Shown here piece after piece: positions 16,401 to 26,564 of a stretch of 64,000 nucleotides of DNA. The notes under the pieces are model-generated. The model was not told the origin of the DNA. It did no database searches and saw only the letters and a program-made list of their open reading frames with translations. Position 1 is the stretch's first letter. Every line of letters begins with the position of its first letter. The translations under genes were made by a program, and so were the position numbers. Source of the DNA: an uncultured virus (IMG/VR IMGVR_UViG_3300010885_025158) (lineage: Duplodnaviria > Heunggongvirae > Uroviricota > Caudoviricetes); IMG/VR virus record IMGVR_UViG_3300010885_025158. One strand, written 5' to 3'.

Positions 16401-19400
16401 TAATAGAAGCTAGTTATAATGCACAAATTATAACGCAGAAAAATACTGATGCATTAGGCTTACTGAGCGCAGCATTGCAGCAACAAGTAGCAACCGCAAT
16501 GAAAGAGAAAACTGGCGCTAAACCAGAAGAAATTGCATTAGCTGAAACTATGTTAAAGCAAGCAGAAGGTGCTATACTTAAACTTACTGCAAAAAGCCTA
16601 CTACAAGAAGGCATGAGTGTTAGTAGTATTCGCTCAACACTGGGTGAAAGAGAAGACGGTGTTCCCAGTGAAAAAATAAAACTAGCTCTTTTACAGGCAC
16701 AAGCTTCTCAAAGAGCCGATAATTTGGCTAAAGCTCAGCGAGAAGCTCAACTTGAACAAATTGGTGTTGACAGACAAATAGCTGGTTATGATAAAGAAGC
16801 AAAAGCTAAGAATTATCAGCTTAAAATAACACAAGACGCGATAGCAATTAGTAAAACTAGGTTAGAGATAGAAGGCCAACTACTTGGTATATACGAACAA
16901 GTAAATGCTTATAGCTCAGAAGAAATTATTAAGTTAAAAACTGCTAATCAGCAGGCAAAAGATAACGCTGATTTTGCTAGCAAACAGGCGCAACTTGATA
17001 AAGAATTGCGCGATTTAAATGATGCAGCTAAAATAGCTACTATAACAAACGAAAAACAACAATTAGCTTTATTGACTGCACAAAACAAAGAAAAACAAGT
17101 TAACTTAGACTTAGAAAAGGCTACTAAAGTATTTGGTCAAGAAATAGCTGATATTAAAGCACGATCAGCAATAGCACAGGCTAAATTAGCTTTACAAACA
17201 AGTTTAGAAGCAGAAAAACTAAGATTAACTAATTCTCTTGAAGAAGCCAAACTTAGCAATAAACAGCGCGAAATAGAACTAAAATTACAGTTAAATCAAC
17301 TAGACGAAATTACTGCTAATAGACTTAGAACTCAAAACGATTTAGCCTCACAAAACCTAAAGTTTACTGAACAAGATTTAAAACTTAAGTCAGACTTATT
17401 GCAAAAAGAAGAAGCCGCAAGACAAGCACAAAAGATATTTGATGCTGCAGCTGCACAAGCTGTTGCAAATCCAACCGAAGCAAGCACGGGTGCTTTAGCT
17501 AGTGCAGGTGAAGGGTTAACCAATGCTCAAAAACAAGTTGACGTAAGTACGCAAGCAATTAGCATTAATAATCAAGTAAACGAAACTGTTAAAACAGGTA
17601 TCCAACTACAAGCTGAATTAAACGAAAAATTATTAAGACAAGCTGAACACCTAAAACTAGTTCAAAGTACCGCAGAAAGTTTAGGCGTAGTATTTGGCGA
17701 AACAGGTAAAGCTATGGGCGATACCTTAACTGCATTTGATGCATTACAAACTAACCAGAAAAATCGTGCTGAGCAACTTAAAAATGCTGCAGGCGATGAA
17801 GCACGTCAAGCTGAACTTAAAAAGCAATTTGCTAAAGAAGAAGTTGGAGATCAAGCAAGGGTTATCGGTGCCGCAAAAGGTATGTTTGATAAAAAGAGCT
17901 TAATATACAAACAGCTAGAAGGAATTGAAAAAGCTTATCACTTATTTAAATTAGGCACATTTATAGCAGAAACAGCTATGAGTGCCTGGGCTACTGCAAT
18001 GCAGATTAAAGATACAGTTACTAAGACCATGGCTGCACAAACAGAAGGGGTTGCACAAGGTGCTCTAGCTGTTATAAAATCTTTAGCCAGCTTACCATTT
18101 CCAGCTAACTTAGCTGCGGGAGCTGTAACGGCAGCAGTTGTAGCAGCTTTACTGAGTAAACTTGGCAGCGGTGGTCCTTCGGTTAGTACAGGCGGTTCGT
18201 TTGCCATGAACAGTGCACAAATGCAAGAAACACAAGGTACTGGAACAACTTACGATGCTAGCGGCAATAAGATTGAAACTGGTGGTGGAGTATTTGGTGA
18301 TAGTACCTCAAAAGTTGATAATATCAATAAGTCTTTAGAAATTATCAGAGATAATTCTGTAGATGGATTGGCATATGATGACAGGTTACTAAAATCATTT
18401 GAGCGTGTAGCTAATGCTATGACTGGTGCAGCTCAGGCAATTTACACAATTCCTGGACTTCGTCAGGGCGGTAAGTTTGGTACCCAAGCGGGAGAAATTA
18501 GTTCTGCTTCAGGCTGGAACAGCATTCCTCTCATTGGTGGACTATTGGGCAATATTTTTGGTGGCGGAACTAGCGCAGCTACAAGTATTGAAAGTTCAGG
18601 TATACAATTACGCGGTAGTTTAGAACAAATTATTACAGATACTAGCAATAGTATTAAACAATATAAAGATGTTTTACAACAATTTCACCGTGATGGAGGC
18701 TGGTTTGGTCAAGACGATGATTGGACAGTGAGATGGCGTGAAACTATGACAATTAAAAGCGAAGTGGGGGATGCCATTAAAGACATATTTGTTGAGTCCA
18801 AAAATATGTTTATTGAAGTAGGTAAAAGTGCTGGAGTTAGTGTTTCTCAAGTACAACGAGCATTTGAGACTTTAGCAACTAATCTTGATCTAGATTTGCG
18901 TGGATTGACTGGCGATCAGATTGTAAAAGAACTAAACGCAGTTATTGGTAGTAAGCTAGATGAGGCAGCCAAAATTTTATTTTCAAGTTTTGATAAATAT
19001 AAAAAGTTTGGTGAAAGTTACTTAACTACTGTAGTCAGAGTTGTTGATGCTAATACTAAAATTCAGCAAGTTCTTACAAATATTGGTATTGATAAACTTG
19101 TAACCGGGTTATTTGATATAACTGAAGCAATGGTTACTACTGCCGGAGGTCTAGATAAGTTTATTAGTCAATATGATTTCTTTAAATCTAATTTCTTAAG
19201 TGCAACAGAGCAACTAGTTCCTGTACAAAAAGCAGTAAACTATGAATTAGATAGACTAAAAATTACTACTGCAACTAGCCGCGAAGGTTTTGCAGCATTA
19301 ATAAGATCATTAGACGTTACTACCCAAACGGGTCGCGATACTTATCAAGCTTTAATGAATTTAGCTCCTGGAATTGATCAAGTGTTTAAAGCACAGGAAA

Positions 19401-20377
19401 AGGTAGCCGCAGAGCGCGAAGGCTTACAAAAGAAGATTTTAGAATTAGAGAATGATACAGTAACTTTACGTAATAAAGAGCTGTTAGCGCTTGATGCAAG
19501 TAATCAAGCACTGCAAAAACAAATCTGGGCTCTTGGTGAACAACAAACTGCTGCTAAAAACTTAAAGTCAAATCTTGACAGTGTAACCAAAACCATTAAA
19601 GGTCAAATTACTAGCCTAACAGACTATAAAAATGCACTACTAACAGGCGACAAAGGTTCAATGACTACAAGTCAACAATATCAATCTGCAAAAGACGATA
19701 TTACTAACCTGCTATCTATTATTAACGGTATACCAAAAACCAAAGAAGAAGAAGACGCACGTAATTTAGCCATTAGTAAATTATCGGGTTCAACTGATAA
19801 GTTCTTAGGTTTAAGTCGTGAACTTTTTGCAAGTGGTGCTCAATATACTGCTGACTTTAATACAGTACTTGCTATAGTTGCACAAACAAGTAGTACCCTA
19901 GAAACTCAGTTAACAGATTCACAAAAACAACTAGATGCATTAAAAACTTCTGAAAGCTATTTATTTAGCATTGAAGCCAGTAGCAAAACAACTGCAACAT
20001 TAATGCAAGAATACATAGATGCTACTTCTAAGCTAATAGGTACTGGTTATTCTAAGGTAATGGCAACAGGTACAAATTACGTGCCACAAGATATGACAGC
20101 GTTAATTCACAAAGGTGAACGCGTTATTCCTGCAGCAGATAACTTTGTGCTAATGTCTAGACTAACTACTACTGATAACTATACTCGCGATATGTCTATT
20201 CAAATCCGTGAATTAAATCAGAAAATAACAAGTTTAGAACGTACTGTTGCAGAAGGTGCTGTTATGAATGCTCAAGCTACTGATCGTAACACTGAGCAAA
20301 TTGCTCAAGCAGTTACAGATGGATCTGATAAAACAGTTCAAGTAACTCGTATTCAGAATAAGGCTACGATTAAATGA
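13448..20377 (+). CDS. Tail tape measure protein
   Basis: T5 pb2-like N-terminus (GLGGLVRVYATFAANIFA, EPELLDELGI), long Ala/Lys/Gln helical body, C-terminal ATGTNYVP..IHKGERV. GGGAG RBS favours ATG 13448. Confidence 0.92.
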   Translation: MSNETIKIGIDVSSNGTLPKSEKEAAALNKQLEALARNADRANKAQQGGTGGSRKAAATMDNTGYRNLQGTAQTSGAEGRDFAKQSQGLGGLVRVYATFAANIFAVSAAFTALKEAAATENMVKGLDQLGAASGRNLGTLSKQIAASVDGAVSLREAMTSVAQASSAGLNTKQIKDLALVANKASQALGLNMSDAMSRLSRGISKIEPELLDELGIFVKVDEATQKYALAVGKTTASLSDFEKRQAFANAVLDQAKEKFSAIDVAANPYDKLLASVKNLATSGLELVNTFLAPAVKFLAESPTALAVVFASIAGILLKQALPALGEFRRGIESTRKASADAAAAFAKAFPDTFQEKLLRQFQIPDLEKSVARAEANLNRLNKNPALDKTLANNLSSAIAADPKALASAKEILENRNKIIETGKKGSAQATAAQIENARADKLQLEGAIAVYKAKLDLIKANSLLTAGQDKMETKAGAPISKWDPETLALARYIKLRKEVTKSELISGAAETASILGVRAAWSELHANVQKEGLGTWDKYTTLAKGTLAAVTTRIMGIVGALGTLGQMAGAAIAVFSLIDSFASSATKEVEAFNAATDATKAALKGVNDTYDLYLIKKKESFSLESISAFTNALGGLTDAFESQILAVRKFDAAANDWDRFKDSFASLFGGGNANKLKQGAKDTVQGVLKSLEFSSYKKQDESLLASVLGLDDPKLLYDTKALDKALEAIPDAELLRKLDQVKATVQGIREQEEYATNAAKAFAESLGTIGKITDQMIQANAFTDLQGKLGVELVNASDRFAQSLQDPLKALEAIAKLSKDPKALAALNITDLTELAQAAKFEREISVATKERVEAEKELEQAKAGKGKLSTAPDAGTFGQGGVGFLETTKQRDIENANAALQKAISQVEKAQKEGANFAISQVGLIDKIASAGLEKIELGLKKTKELAAISLARAQLSFAASAGFDTSNDEYKLRIQELKIQESLIEASYNAQIITQKNTDALGLLSAALQQQVATAMKEKTGAKPEEIALAETMLKQAEGAILKLTAKSLLQEGMSVSSIRSTLGEREDGVPSEKIKLALLQAQASQRADNLAKAQREAQLEQIGVDRQIAGYDKEAKAKNYQLKITQDAIAISKTRLEIEGQLLGIYEQVNAYSSEEIIKLKTANQQAKDNADFASKQAQLDKELRDLNDAAKIATITNEKQQLALLTAQNKEKQVNLDLEKATKVFGQEIADIKARSAIAQAKLALQTSLEAEKLRLTNSLEEAKLSNKQREIELKLQLNQLDEITANRLRTQNDLASQNLKFTEQDLKLKSDLLQKEEAARQAQKIFDAAAAQAVANPTEASTGALASAGEGLTNAQKQVDVSTQAISINNQVNETVKTGIQLQAELNEKLLRQAEHLKLVQSTAESLGVVFGETGKAMGDTLTAFDALQTNQKNRAEQLKNAAGDEARQAELKKQFAKEEVGDQARVIGAAKGMFDKKSLIYKQLEGIEKAYHLFKLGTFIAETAMSAWATAMQIKDTVTKTMAAQTEGVAQGALAVIKSLASLPFPANLAAGAVTAAVVAALLSKLGSGGPSVSTGGSFAMNSAQMQETQGTGTTYDASGNKIETGGGVFGDSTSKVDNINKSLEIIRDNSVDGLAYDDRLLKSFERVANAMTGAAQAIYTIPGLRQGGKFGTQAGEISSASGWNSIPLIGGLLGNIFGGGTSAATSIESSGIQLRGSLEQIITDTSNSIKQYKDVLQQFHRDGGWFGQDDDWTVRWRETMTIKSEVGDAIKDIFVESKNMFIEVGKSAGVSVSQVQRAFETLATNLDLDLRGLTGDQIVKELNAVIGSKLDEAAKILFSSFDKYKKFGESYLTTVVRVVDANTKIQQVLTNIGIDKLVTGLFDITEAMVTTAGGLDKFISQYDFFKSNFLSATEQLVPVQKAVNYELDRLKITTATSREGFAALIRSLDVTTQTGRDTYQALMNLAPGIDQVFKAQEKVAAEREGLQKKILELENDTVTLRNKELLALDASNQALQKQIWALGEQQTAAKNLKSNLDSVTKTIKGQITSLTDYKNALLTGDKGSMTTSQQYQSAKDDITNLLSIINGIPKTKEEEDARNLAISKLSGSTDKFLGLSRELFASGAQYTADFNTVLAIVAQTSSTLETQLTDSQKQLDALKTSESYLFSIEASSKTTATLMQEYIDATSKLIGTGYSKVMATGTNYVPQDMTALIHKGERVIPAADNFVLMSRLTTTDNYTRDMSIQIRELNQKITSLERTVAEGAVMNAQATDRNTEQIAQAVTDGSDKTVQVTRIQNKATIK

Positions 20378-22077
20378 AAACAGTAACAGAAATGGTGACC
20401 TGGCTTAATACGCCAGGTCATATTAAATGTGTATTAGCAGATATTACAGAAGTTGGAAACTCCGCAGTTTCCAACTTCTTTTTATCTAATGTTGCTTATT
20501 TTGGCGACAATCAAAACTATAACGCCGCTATAACAGGCGGCTTAAGTTTTTCAGAAAGTTTAAATGTTGACGGTCAAGCTTCACTTAGTTTTGGTAGTCT
20601 TGAAATTGTTAATACTGGTGGTGTTCATGACGCATATTTAACGTATGTGTGGAGCAAGCGACCAATTAAAGTTTACTTAGGCGATCCCAGTTGGCCTAAA
20701 TCAGATTTTGTACTAATCTTTGATGGTTTAATACAAGAGATAACTGCGCCTGGCGAAAATGCTTTAAGTTTTACACTATTTGATAAACTACAGCGTTTAA
20801 ACGACCCTATTTCAGAGCGTACTATAGCAGATACAAATTACTCACAGAATACCTTAAAAAATGTTTTACCACTGTTATTTGGCGAAGCATTTAATATTCA
20901 ACCGCTATTGGTAGACAAAGGCGGTGCTAGTGGCATACCTGGAGTTATAACTACTTCAGCTACTACATCAACAATAACAGGTATCACATCTACTCTTAGT
21001 ATGCTGGAAGGGCAAGTATTAACAAAAGTAAGTGGTACAGGTGCATTTGGCACTAATCCAACTATTATAAGCGTAAATAGTGCCACACAAATTACAATCA
21101 CAAGTGCATCTTCAAATACCGCAGGCTCACTAACTTTTAATGTGGGTGGCGTGAGTGGCGCAGGCCAAACGTACATGATTCATGATGGTGCTATAAATGG
21201 TTTAATTGAAGCCAGGGATAGTGGGGTTCCAATTACAGTAACTGAAAATAATGGTTCAGGTACTTTTACACTACTAACTAGTCCAGTAGGAACTATTACT
21301 TGTAGTGCGCAGGGCAGAACTACATACACTAATACAGTACCTGGAATTATTAGACAAATAGTAACTAACTACGGTACTACCGCAAATAGGTTTACAGATA
21401 GCGAAATAAGTTTTGATGACTTTACTAACGCAAGTGCAGTAGGTTTTTATTCTAGTGATCGCACAAATATCTTAGATGCTTGCAATCAATTAGCAAAAAG
21501 TTTAAATGCAAACTTAATATGTCCGTCAATTGTGGTAACAAGCGGCGTTGTAAGTGCTAGTAAATTAAGGTTAGTAGAAATTAAAGCGCCAGCAGGAACA
21601 GCAAAATATACGCTTAATGACGATAACATGATACTTAACTCTTTAAGTATTCAACAAATGTTTCCAGTCAAACCCAGTATTAAATTAGGTTATTGCAAAA
21701 ATTATACTATTCAAACCACAGTAGCCGGCGGCGTAAATCCTGAAAGTAGGTTCGACGAACCTTATATTTACTTGCCCTTAGAAAATACCGATAAAAAGAC
21801 CTTATACAGAGACAGTGGGACTGTTAGTGAAGAAGAAACACTACTGTTAGTTACTACAGAAGCTACTACAGAAGCACAAAAACGTCTTAGTTTATGGGAA
21901 ACACAAAGATACGTAATTACTGCCAACTATTTACCGCACTTAATGTTTGTGCAATTAGGTGATATAGTAACAATACAGAGCGCTAGATTTGGATTAGGTG
22001 CAGGAAAATTAGGCATGGTATATTCCGTAACCCGTAATTGGACCACCGGAATAGTCAGCATAGGAGTTTTAGTATGA
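20374..22077 (+). CDS. Tail tip/baseplate hub-like protein
   Basis: Follows the TMP. LPLLFGEAFNIQP and C-terminal QLGDIVTI..RFGL. Confidence 0.65.
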   Translation: MKTVTEMVTWLNTPGHIKCVLADITEVGNSAVSNFFLSNVAYFGDNQNYNAAITGGLSFSESLNVDGQASLSFGSLEIVNTGGVHDAYLTYVWSKRPIKVYLGDPSWPKSDFVLIFDGLIQEITAPGENALSFTLFDKLQRLNDPISERTIADTNYSQNTLKNVLPLLFGEAFNIQPLLVDKGGASGIPGVITTSATTSTITGITSTLSMLEGQVLTKVSGTGAFGTNPTIISVNSATQITITSASSNTAGSLTFNVGGVSGAGQTYMIHDGAINGLIEARDSGVPITVTENNGSGTFTLLTSPVGTITCSAQGRTTYTNTVPGIIRQIVTNYGTTANRFTDSEISFDDFTNASAVGFYSSDRTNILDACNQLAKSLNANLICPSIVVTSGVVSASKLRLVEIKAPAGTAKYTLNDDNMILNSLSIQQMFPVKPSIKLGYCKNYTIQTTVAGGVNPESRFDEPYIYLPLENTDKKTLYRDSGTVSEEETLLLVTTEATTEAQKRLSLWETQRYVITANYLPHLMFVQLGDIVTIQSARFGLGAGKLGMVYSVTRNWTTGIVSIGVLV

Positions 22078-25000
22078 CAGTAACAGCCGTGAATGCCAGA
22101 GACGTAGCTTTAAAAAATACTGCTATTAGAGTAGTAGGAGTATCTACTAATTATATTAGTTTGACTTGCCCTACTCAACAGTTTAAATATGGATCTGATA
22201 ATCAACCTCAACCTGTTGCCGCCGTAGTTACCGCAACTTTAGCAGGTTACTTACAAGGCACAGTTACATTTACTTATTCTGGATTTATTACAGCACCAAC
22301 AATTAGTGGTAATCAACTTTCTATTAACCCCGATAATTTTACAGGGGATGTAGCTACTGTAAATGCTAGCTTAAACTACCAAGGTGTAAACTACCAGGCA
22401 GTGCCCATTACAATTTCCAAAATATTTAATCAACTAGTAGCAAAAACTACTAGAACTATTGATTTATTACCCGCCTACACAGACGGTACAGGATACACAT
22501 TACCTGCTGCAGATAACTATCTTGAGCTATACAATGGTATATCTAAAGTAACTACTGGTGTAGCATATAGCCCCGGATCTCAAACAAAAAATGGTGTAAC
22601 CGTTGCAGTAAACACATCAACTGGTTTAATCACTGTTAGTGAGGCTACACCCAATGCCTGGACTAGTAATTCAGAAAATTTTACACTTACTGCAACTAGA
22701 AATTTAATTGCATATACTACAACTTATACCATAACTAAAGCCAAACAAGGTACCGGTGGAGCACAACTTGCAGAAATTGCACTTTATCAGTGGGCAACAA
22801 CACAGCCAGCTACTCCAACTGGAACAAGTACTTATACGTGGTTAAGTAAAAGTCATGCTTATATAGGCACGGATACTTGGAAAGAAACTGTACCTACTAG
22901 TCCAGGTGGTGTAGGTATCAAACTATGGCAAATTACGGTAGCTATATTAGCACAATCTTCACTTAGTACAACTACTTATGTAGTTAATAGTACAAGTTGG
23001 GCTGGCGGAACTGTAAGACAAATAACAACGGAAGCTAATGCCTTAATTAAAACCTATACTGCTATTGTGTACCAAAATGCACTAAGTGGTGCGCCAACTA
23101 TTGCAGGAGCTACAACGTATAGTTGGATAACAAATACCATGGCAGCAGAGCCAGGCAATTGGACTTTTGCTCCGCCTGCAGCTCAAACTGGTTATACATT
23201 ATATCAAGCTGCAGTTAGTATAATAGCGGCTCAAACAGATACAGTTACTGCCGTAAATTGGGTATCTGCAAGCATTACTCCAGTAAGATATTATGGTACA
23301 GATGGTGCTAGTGCTCGCAGAGCGTACATTTTAGTACCCTCTGCGGTTACCCCCGCAAGTACCCCCGCAACAGTTTCTACTACAGGAAATAGTACATACC
23401 CTACTAGTGGTACTTGGTTTACTACTAATTCAAACGGTATAACTTGGACTGTAACCTGGTTAGCAAATGCTCCTAACTCTATTAGTGAGGGATATACCCT
23501 TTACCAAAGTGATGGTGTGTTTGTTACTAATGGCAATACTAGTTGGGGCTTTCCATACATTAGTTCTTTAAAGGTAGGTAACTTAGCAGCAATCAGTGTA
23601 AATACTGGTGGTTTAACAATTTCAGATTACATTAAAGGTGGTAACGCCACTAGTCTTACAACCGGTAATGGTTTTTATGTAGACTCAAGTGGGTATATTA
23701 GAGTAGGCACTCCTGGAGCTGCTCAACTAAAGTTTGATGCTAGTGGATTAAAAATATCGGACTCCACAGGTACGGATATTTTTACTGTAGTTAGTACTGC
23801 TAGTACAAATGCAACTACAGCACTACAAACTGCAGGAAGTGTTACTTGGCTGGGCGATGATGCAGTACAAATAATTACCGGCACTCAACTAAAGAAAATA
23901 AGCGGTAATAATCTGGCTTGGGATTCCCAAAGATATTCAGCCGAAAGTTACGTAAATGGTGCCTACATAACTTTTATTCCTGTTAGTACAGCCAATGATT
24001 TCATGATAGGTTTAAATGCTGACCCAACTACTAATTCAAGTTACAGTACTCTTGACTTTGCTTGGTATTGCACTGTTGCCGGCACTTTAGAAATATATGA
24101 AAACAATACTGGACAAAGTTTTGACGCAGGTATACCTGCTCAAACATATAATAGTAGCACAGTTTTAGGTATTGTATATGATGGTAAAACTGTAAAATAT
24201 TACAAAGATGGAACAGTAATAAGAACAGTAACAAAAAGTGCTAATATAAGACTTTATGCAGATAGTAGTTTTTGTACACTTAATGCAGAAGCTAAATCTA
24301 TCAGATTTGGTCCTGTAGGTGCAGCAGGTACTGATGGCATTACTCCTACTATAGCAGTAGGTACAATAACTACAGGGGGTGCTGGCAGCTCTGCATCAGT
24401 TACTCCAACTACTAGTGGCACAAATACAACACTAAATTTTACTATTCCTCAAGGATATAAAGGCGATAATGGAGTATCTTATTCATTACTAGCAAGTCAA
24501 CAAGTAATACGTAAACTAGCAAATGGAACCTTTAGTATCCCGTATGTAACGGGTTACATTAAAAAATCAGATGGAACTACTGTTAGTGACTACAACGGAT
24601 ATTTTAAAATTTACAATGATAGTACAGGCTTAGTATATACTAGTGCCGCAGCAGAAAGTAATAAAACGTATAATTTTTCTAGTGTTCCCGCCACAATGGC
24701 AGTAGATATATACGCATACGTTGATAGTGGATTTACTCAACTAATAGGTAGAATATCTATACCTGTAATTAAAGATGGTGCAGACTCTATAGTTCCCGGA
24801 GATGCAGGAGCTCGAGGTAGTTTACAAGGTTACGGTTCAAAGTATGGTATTACCACAGATTCTTGGAATAATAACTTAGCTAATCGTGTAATTTTTAATC
24901 TTGTTAATGGTTCTGCCGCGACAAGTGAAGTAACTTTTACAAGTTACAATCAAATAGGTGATACGGTTACCTTTACAAATTCTGCACAAACAGCATCGTT

Positions 25001-25193
25001 TACTAAATTCTGGGATGGCACTACATGGCTAGATCCTGCCGTAATTATAAATGGCAACCTAATAGCTACTGGAACTATTGCTGCTAATAGACTAGCGGCT
25101 AACTCACTGTTAGTAGGGCACAGAATTGAAAATACCGCAGGCACTTTTGTTATGAATTTTGGTGCTACGCCATCTATCTCGATCTCAGTTTAA
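22074..25193 (+). CDS. Central tail fibre/host-specificity protein
   Basis: Thr-rich Ig-like segments, SLKVGNLAAI, a lectin/SPRY-like block, short G-X-Y stretches and IINGNLIATGTIAANRL. AGGAG RBS before ATG 22074. Confidence 0.75.
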   Translation: MTVTAVNARDVALKNTAIRVVGVSTNYISLTCPTQQFKYGSDNQPQPVAAVVTATLAGYLQGTVTFTYSGFITAPTISGNQLSINPDNFTGDVATVNASLNYQGVNYQAVPITISKIFNQLVAKTTRTIDLLPAYTDGTGYTLPAADNYLELYNGISKVTTGVAYSPGSQTKNGVTVAVNTSTGLITVSEATPNAWTSNSENFTLTATRNLIAYTTTYTITKAKQGTGGAQLAEIALYQWATTQPATPTGTSTYTWLSKSHAYIGTDTWKETVPTSPGGVGIKLWQITVAILAQSSLSTTTYVVNSTSWAGGTVRQITTEANALIKTYTAIVYQNALSGAPTIAGATTYSWITNTMAAEPGNWTFAPPAAQTGYTLYQAAVSIIAAQTDTVTAVNWVSASITPVRYYGTDGASARRAYILVPSAVTPASTPATVSTTGNSTYPTSGTWFTTNSNGITWTVTWLANAPNSISEGYTLYQSDGVFVTNGNTSWGFPYISSLKVGNLAAISVNTGGLTISDYIKGGNATSLTTGNGFYVDSSGYIRVGTPGAAQLKFDASGLKISDSTGTDIFTVVSTASTNATTALQTAGSVTWLGDDAVQIITGTQLKKISGNNLAWDSQRYSAESYVNGAYITFIPVSTANDFMIGLNADPTTNSSYSTLDFAWYCTVAGTLEIYENNTGQSFDAGIPAQTYNSSTVLGIVYDGKTVKYYKDGTVIRTVTKSANIRLYADSSFCTLNAEAKSIRFGPVGAAGTDGITPTIAVGTITTGGAGSSASVTPTTSGTNTTLNFTIPQGYKGDNGVSYSLLASQQVIRKLANGTFSIPYVTGYIKKSDGTTVSDYNGYFKIYNDSTGLVYTSAAAESNKTYNFSSVPATMAVDIYAYVDSGFTQLIGRISIPVIKDGADSIVPGDAGARGSLQGYGSKYGITTDSWNNNLANRVIFNLVNGSAATSEVTFTSYNQIGDTVTFTNSAQTASFTKFWDGTTWLDPAVIINGNLIATGTIAANRLAANSLLVGHRIENTAGTFVMNFGATPSISISV

Positions 25194-25201
25194 GGAACAC
25201 C

Positions 25202-26023
25202 ATGGCAAACCTAAGAGTAATTTACAACAATTTGGCAGATGCGGCTGTTATTACAGCAAGCACAACTGCCTCAGGTTTTAGTGTTGATAACCTTAAAAAT
25301 ACTCAAAAAACCAGCGTTCATCGTAGTACTGGTGCTGCTGTAACTTATACACTAACTTGGTCAACCGCACAAAGCATTAGTTGTGTAGCCCTGCCTGCAA
25401 CAAATTTGCAGGCAGGCGATACCATTAAAATTGTAGGGTACACAGAAACCGCAGACACTACGCCTATTTACGAAACTGACAATCTACCGGCTTGCACAGG
25501 TCGAGTAACAACACTGTATAATAAATACACGCTGCCAACTTACGTTGATTTTGGTTTTGGCGGAGCTACTAAAACCAGTTTTTGGTTTCCCACAACTTAT
25601 CAGCTTAAAAAGCTAGTAATTACCTTAACTAGTACTACAGTTACAGCAATTGACTGTGCTAGACTTATTTGTGGCACATACTGGGAAAGCACTAGACAAG
25701 CTAGTAATGGTATTCAATTAGGCTACGAAGATTTAAGTGAAATTACTACAACTCGTAGTGGTAACACGTACGAAGACCGAAAGCCTATCTCAGAAACTAT
25801 GCAGTTTGATTTAGAATACCTGCCAGACGCAGACCGTAAACAACTACAAACACTAATGCGTAGCTGGGGTTCTAGTGCATTAATATACTACTGTATATTT
25901 CCTAGCAATACTAATCCTGAGTTAACTCAAAGCTATAGTATATATGGTCGCAGTAATTCTAACAGTTTACAATATCAGTTCTTTAGTTTCTATAACACCA
26001 ATCTTGATATAAAAAGTTGGTAA
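25202..26023 (+). CDS. Distal-tail-like/minor tail protein
   Basis: LRVIYNNLADAA..VDNLKNTQK, IDCARLICGTYWE and GYEDLS..TRSG pattern of siphophage tail-tip proteins. Confidence 0.55.
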   Translation: MANLRVIYNNLADAAVITASTTASGFSVDNLKNTQKTSVHRSTGAAVTYTLTWSTAQSISCVALPATNLQAGDTIKIVGYTETADTTPIYETDNLPACTGRVTTLYNKYTLPTYVDFGFGGATKTSFWFPTTYQLKKLVITLTSTTVTAIDCARLICGTYWESTRQASNGIQLGYEDLSEITTTRSGNTYEDRKPISETMQFDLEYLPDADRKQLQTLMRSWGSSALIYYCIFPSNTNPELTQSYSIYGRSNSNSLQYQFFSFYNTNLDIKSW

Positions 26024-26026
26024 AAT

Positions 26027-26059
26027 AAAAAATACCAGTCTTAGGGCTGGTATTTTTTT
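26027..26059 (+). terminator. Intrinsic terminator
   Basis: AAAAAATACCAG...CTGGTATTTTTTT. Confidence 0.85.
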
Positions 26060-26062
26060 ATG

Positions 26063-26091
26063 TTGACATTAGCCTGCCCTTATGATATAAT
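26063..26091 (+). promoter_or_regulatory. Consensus sigma70 promoter for the fibre array
   Basis: TTGACA-17 bp-TATAAT immediately after the terminator. Confidence 0.9.
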
Positions 26092-26216
26092 AATACAAAA
26101 TGTCTAGACGTGTCGAATTTTTTTCTTGACAGGCTTTAGACGCTAATTAAATTGGTTTAACTATGTTATAGCAGGTTGTTTATAGAATAAACCTCCTGAT
26201 AGGGGAGATATATTTT

Positions 26217-26564
26217 ATGGAGCATACAAGTCCAGACGACATAATACAAACACTTATGATGCTTGCTGTGGGAATAATTGCGGCTTTATTTGTATTTAAA
26301 AAGTTAATAAAAGATTGGCTTAGTAATGATGTTGAGTCAAATCTTATTAAACTTATGCATACTGAGCTAGAACGTCTAAGTGAGCAAAATACGGCTCTTA
26401 GCCTGGAATTAGGTCGCTTACATACTGAAGTAATTGCACTAAATCACGAACTACAAAAGTTAACTGTAGAAAATCAGCGATTACAAACCGAGGTTATTGC
26501 TCTTACAAACGAAGTAAGTAGCTTTAAACTATTAAGACAAGGGAGTATTTATGGCAAGATCTAG
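26217..26564 (+). CDS. Membrane-anchored coiled-coil protein
   Basis: One N-terminal hydrophobic helix followed by Leu heptads. Confidence 0.6.
   Translation: MEHTSPDDIIQTLMMLAVGIIAALFVFKKLIKDWLSNDVESNLIKLMHTELERLSEQNTALSLELGRLHTEVIALNHELQKLTVENQRLQTEVIALTNEVSSFKLLRQGSIYGKI

Noticed and set aside
26127..26155. Second promoter at TTGACA 26127
   Set aside because: No convincing -10 hexamer at 17 bp spacing.
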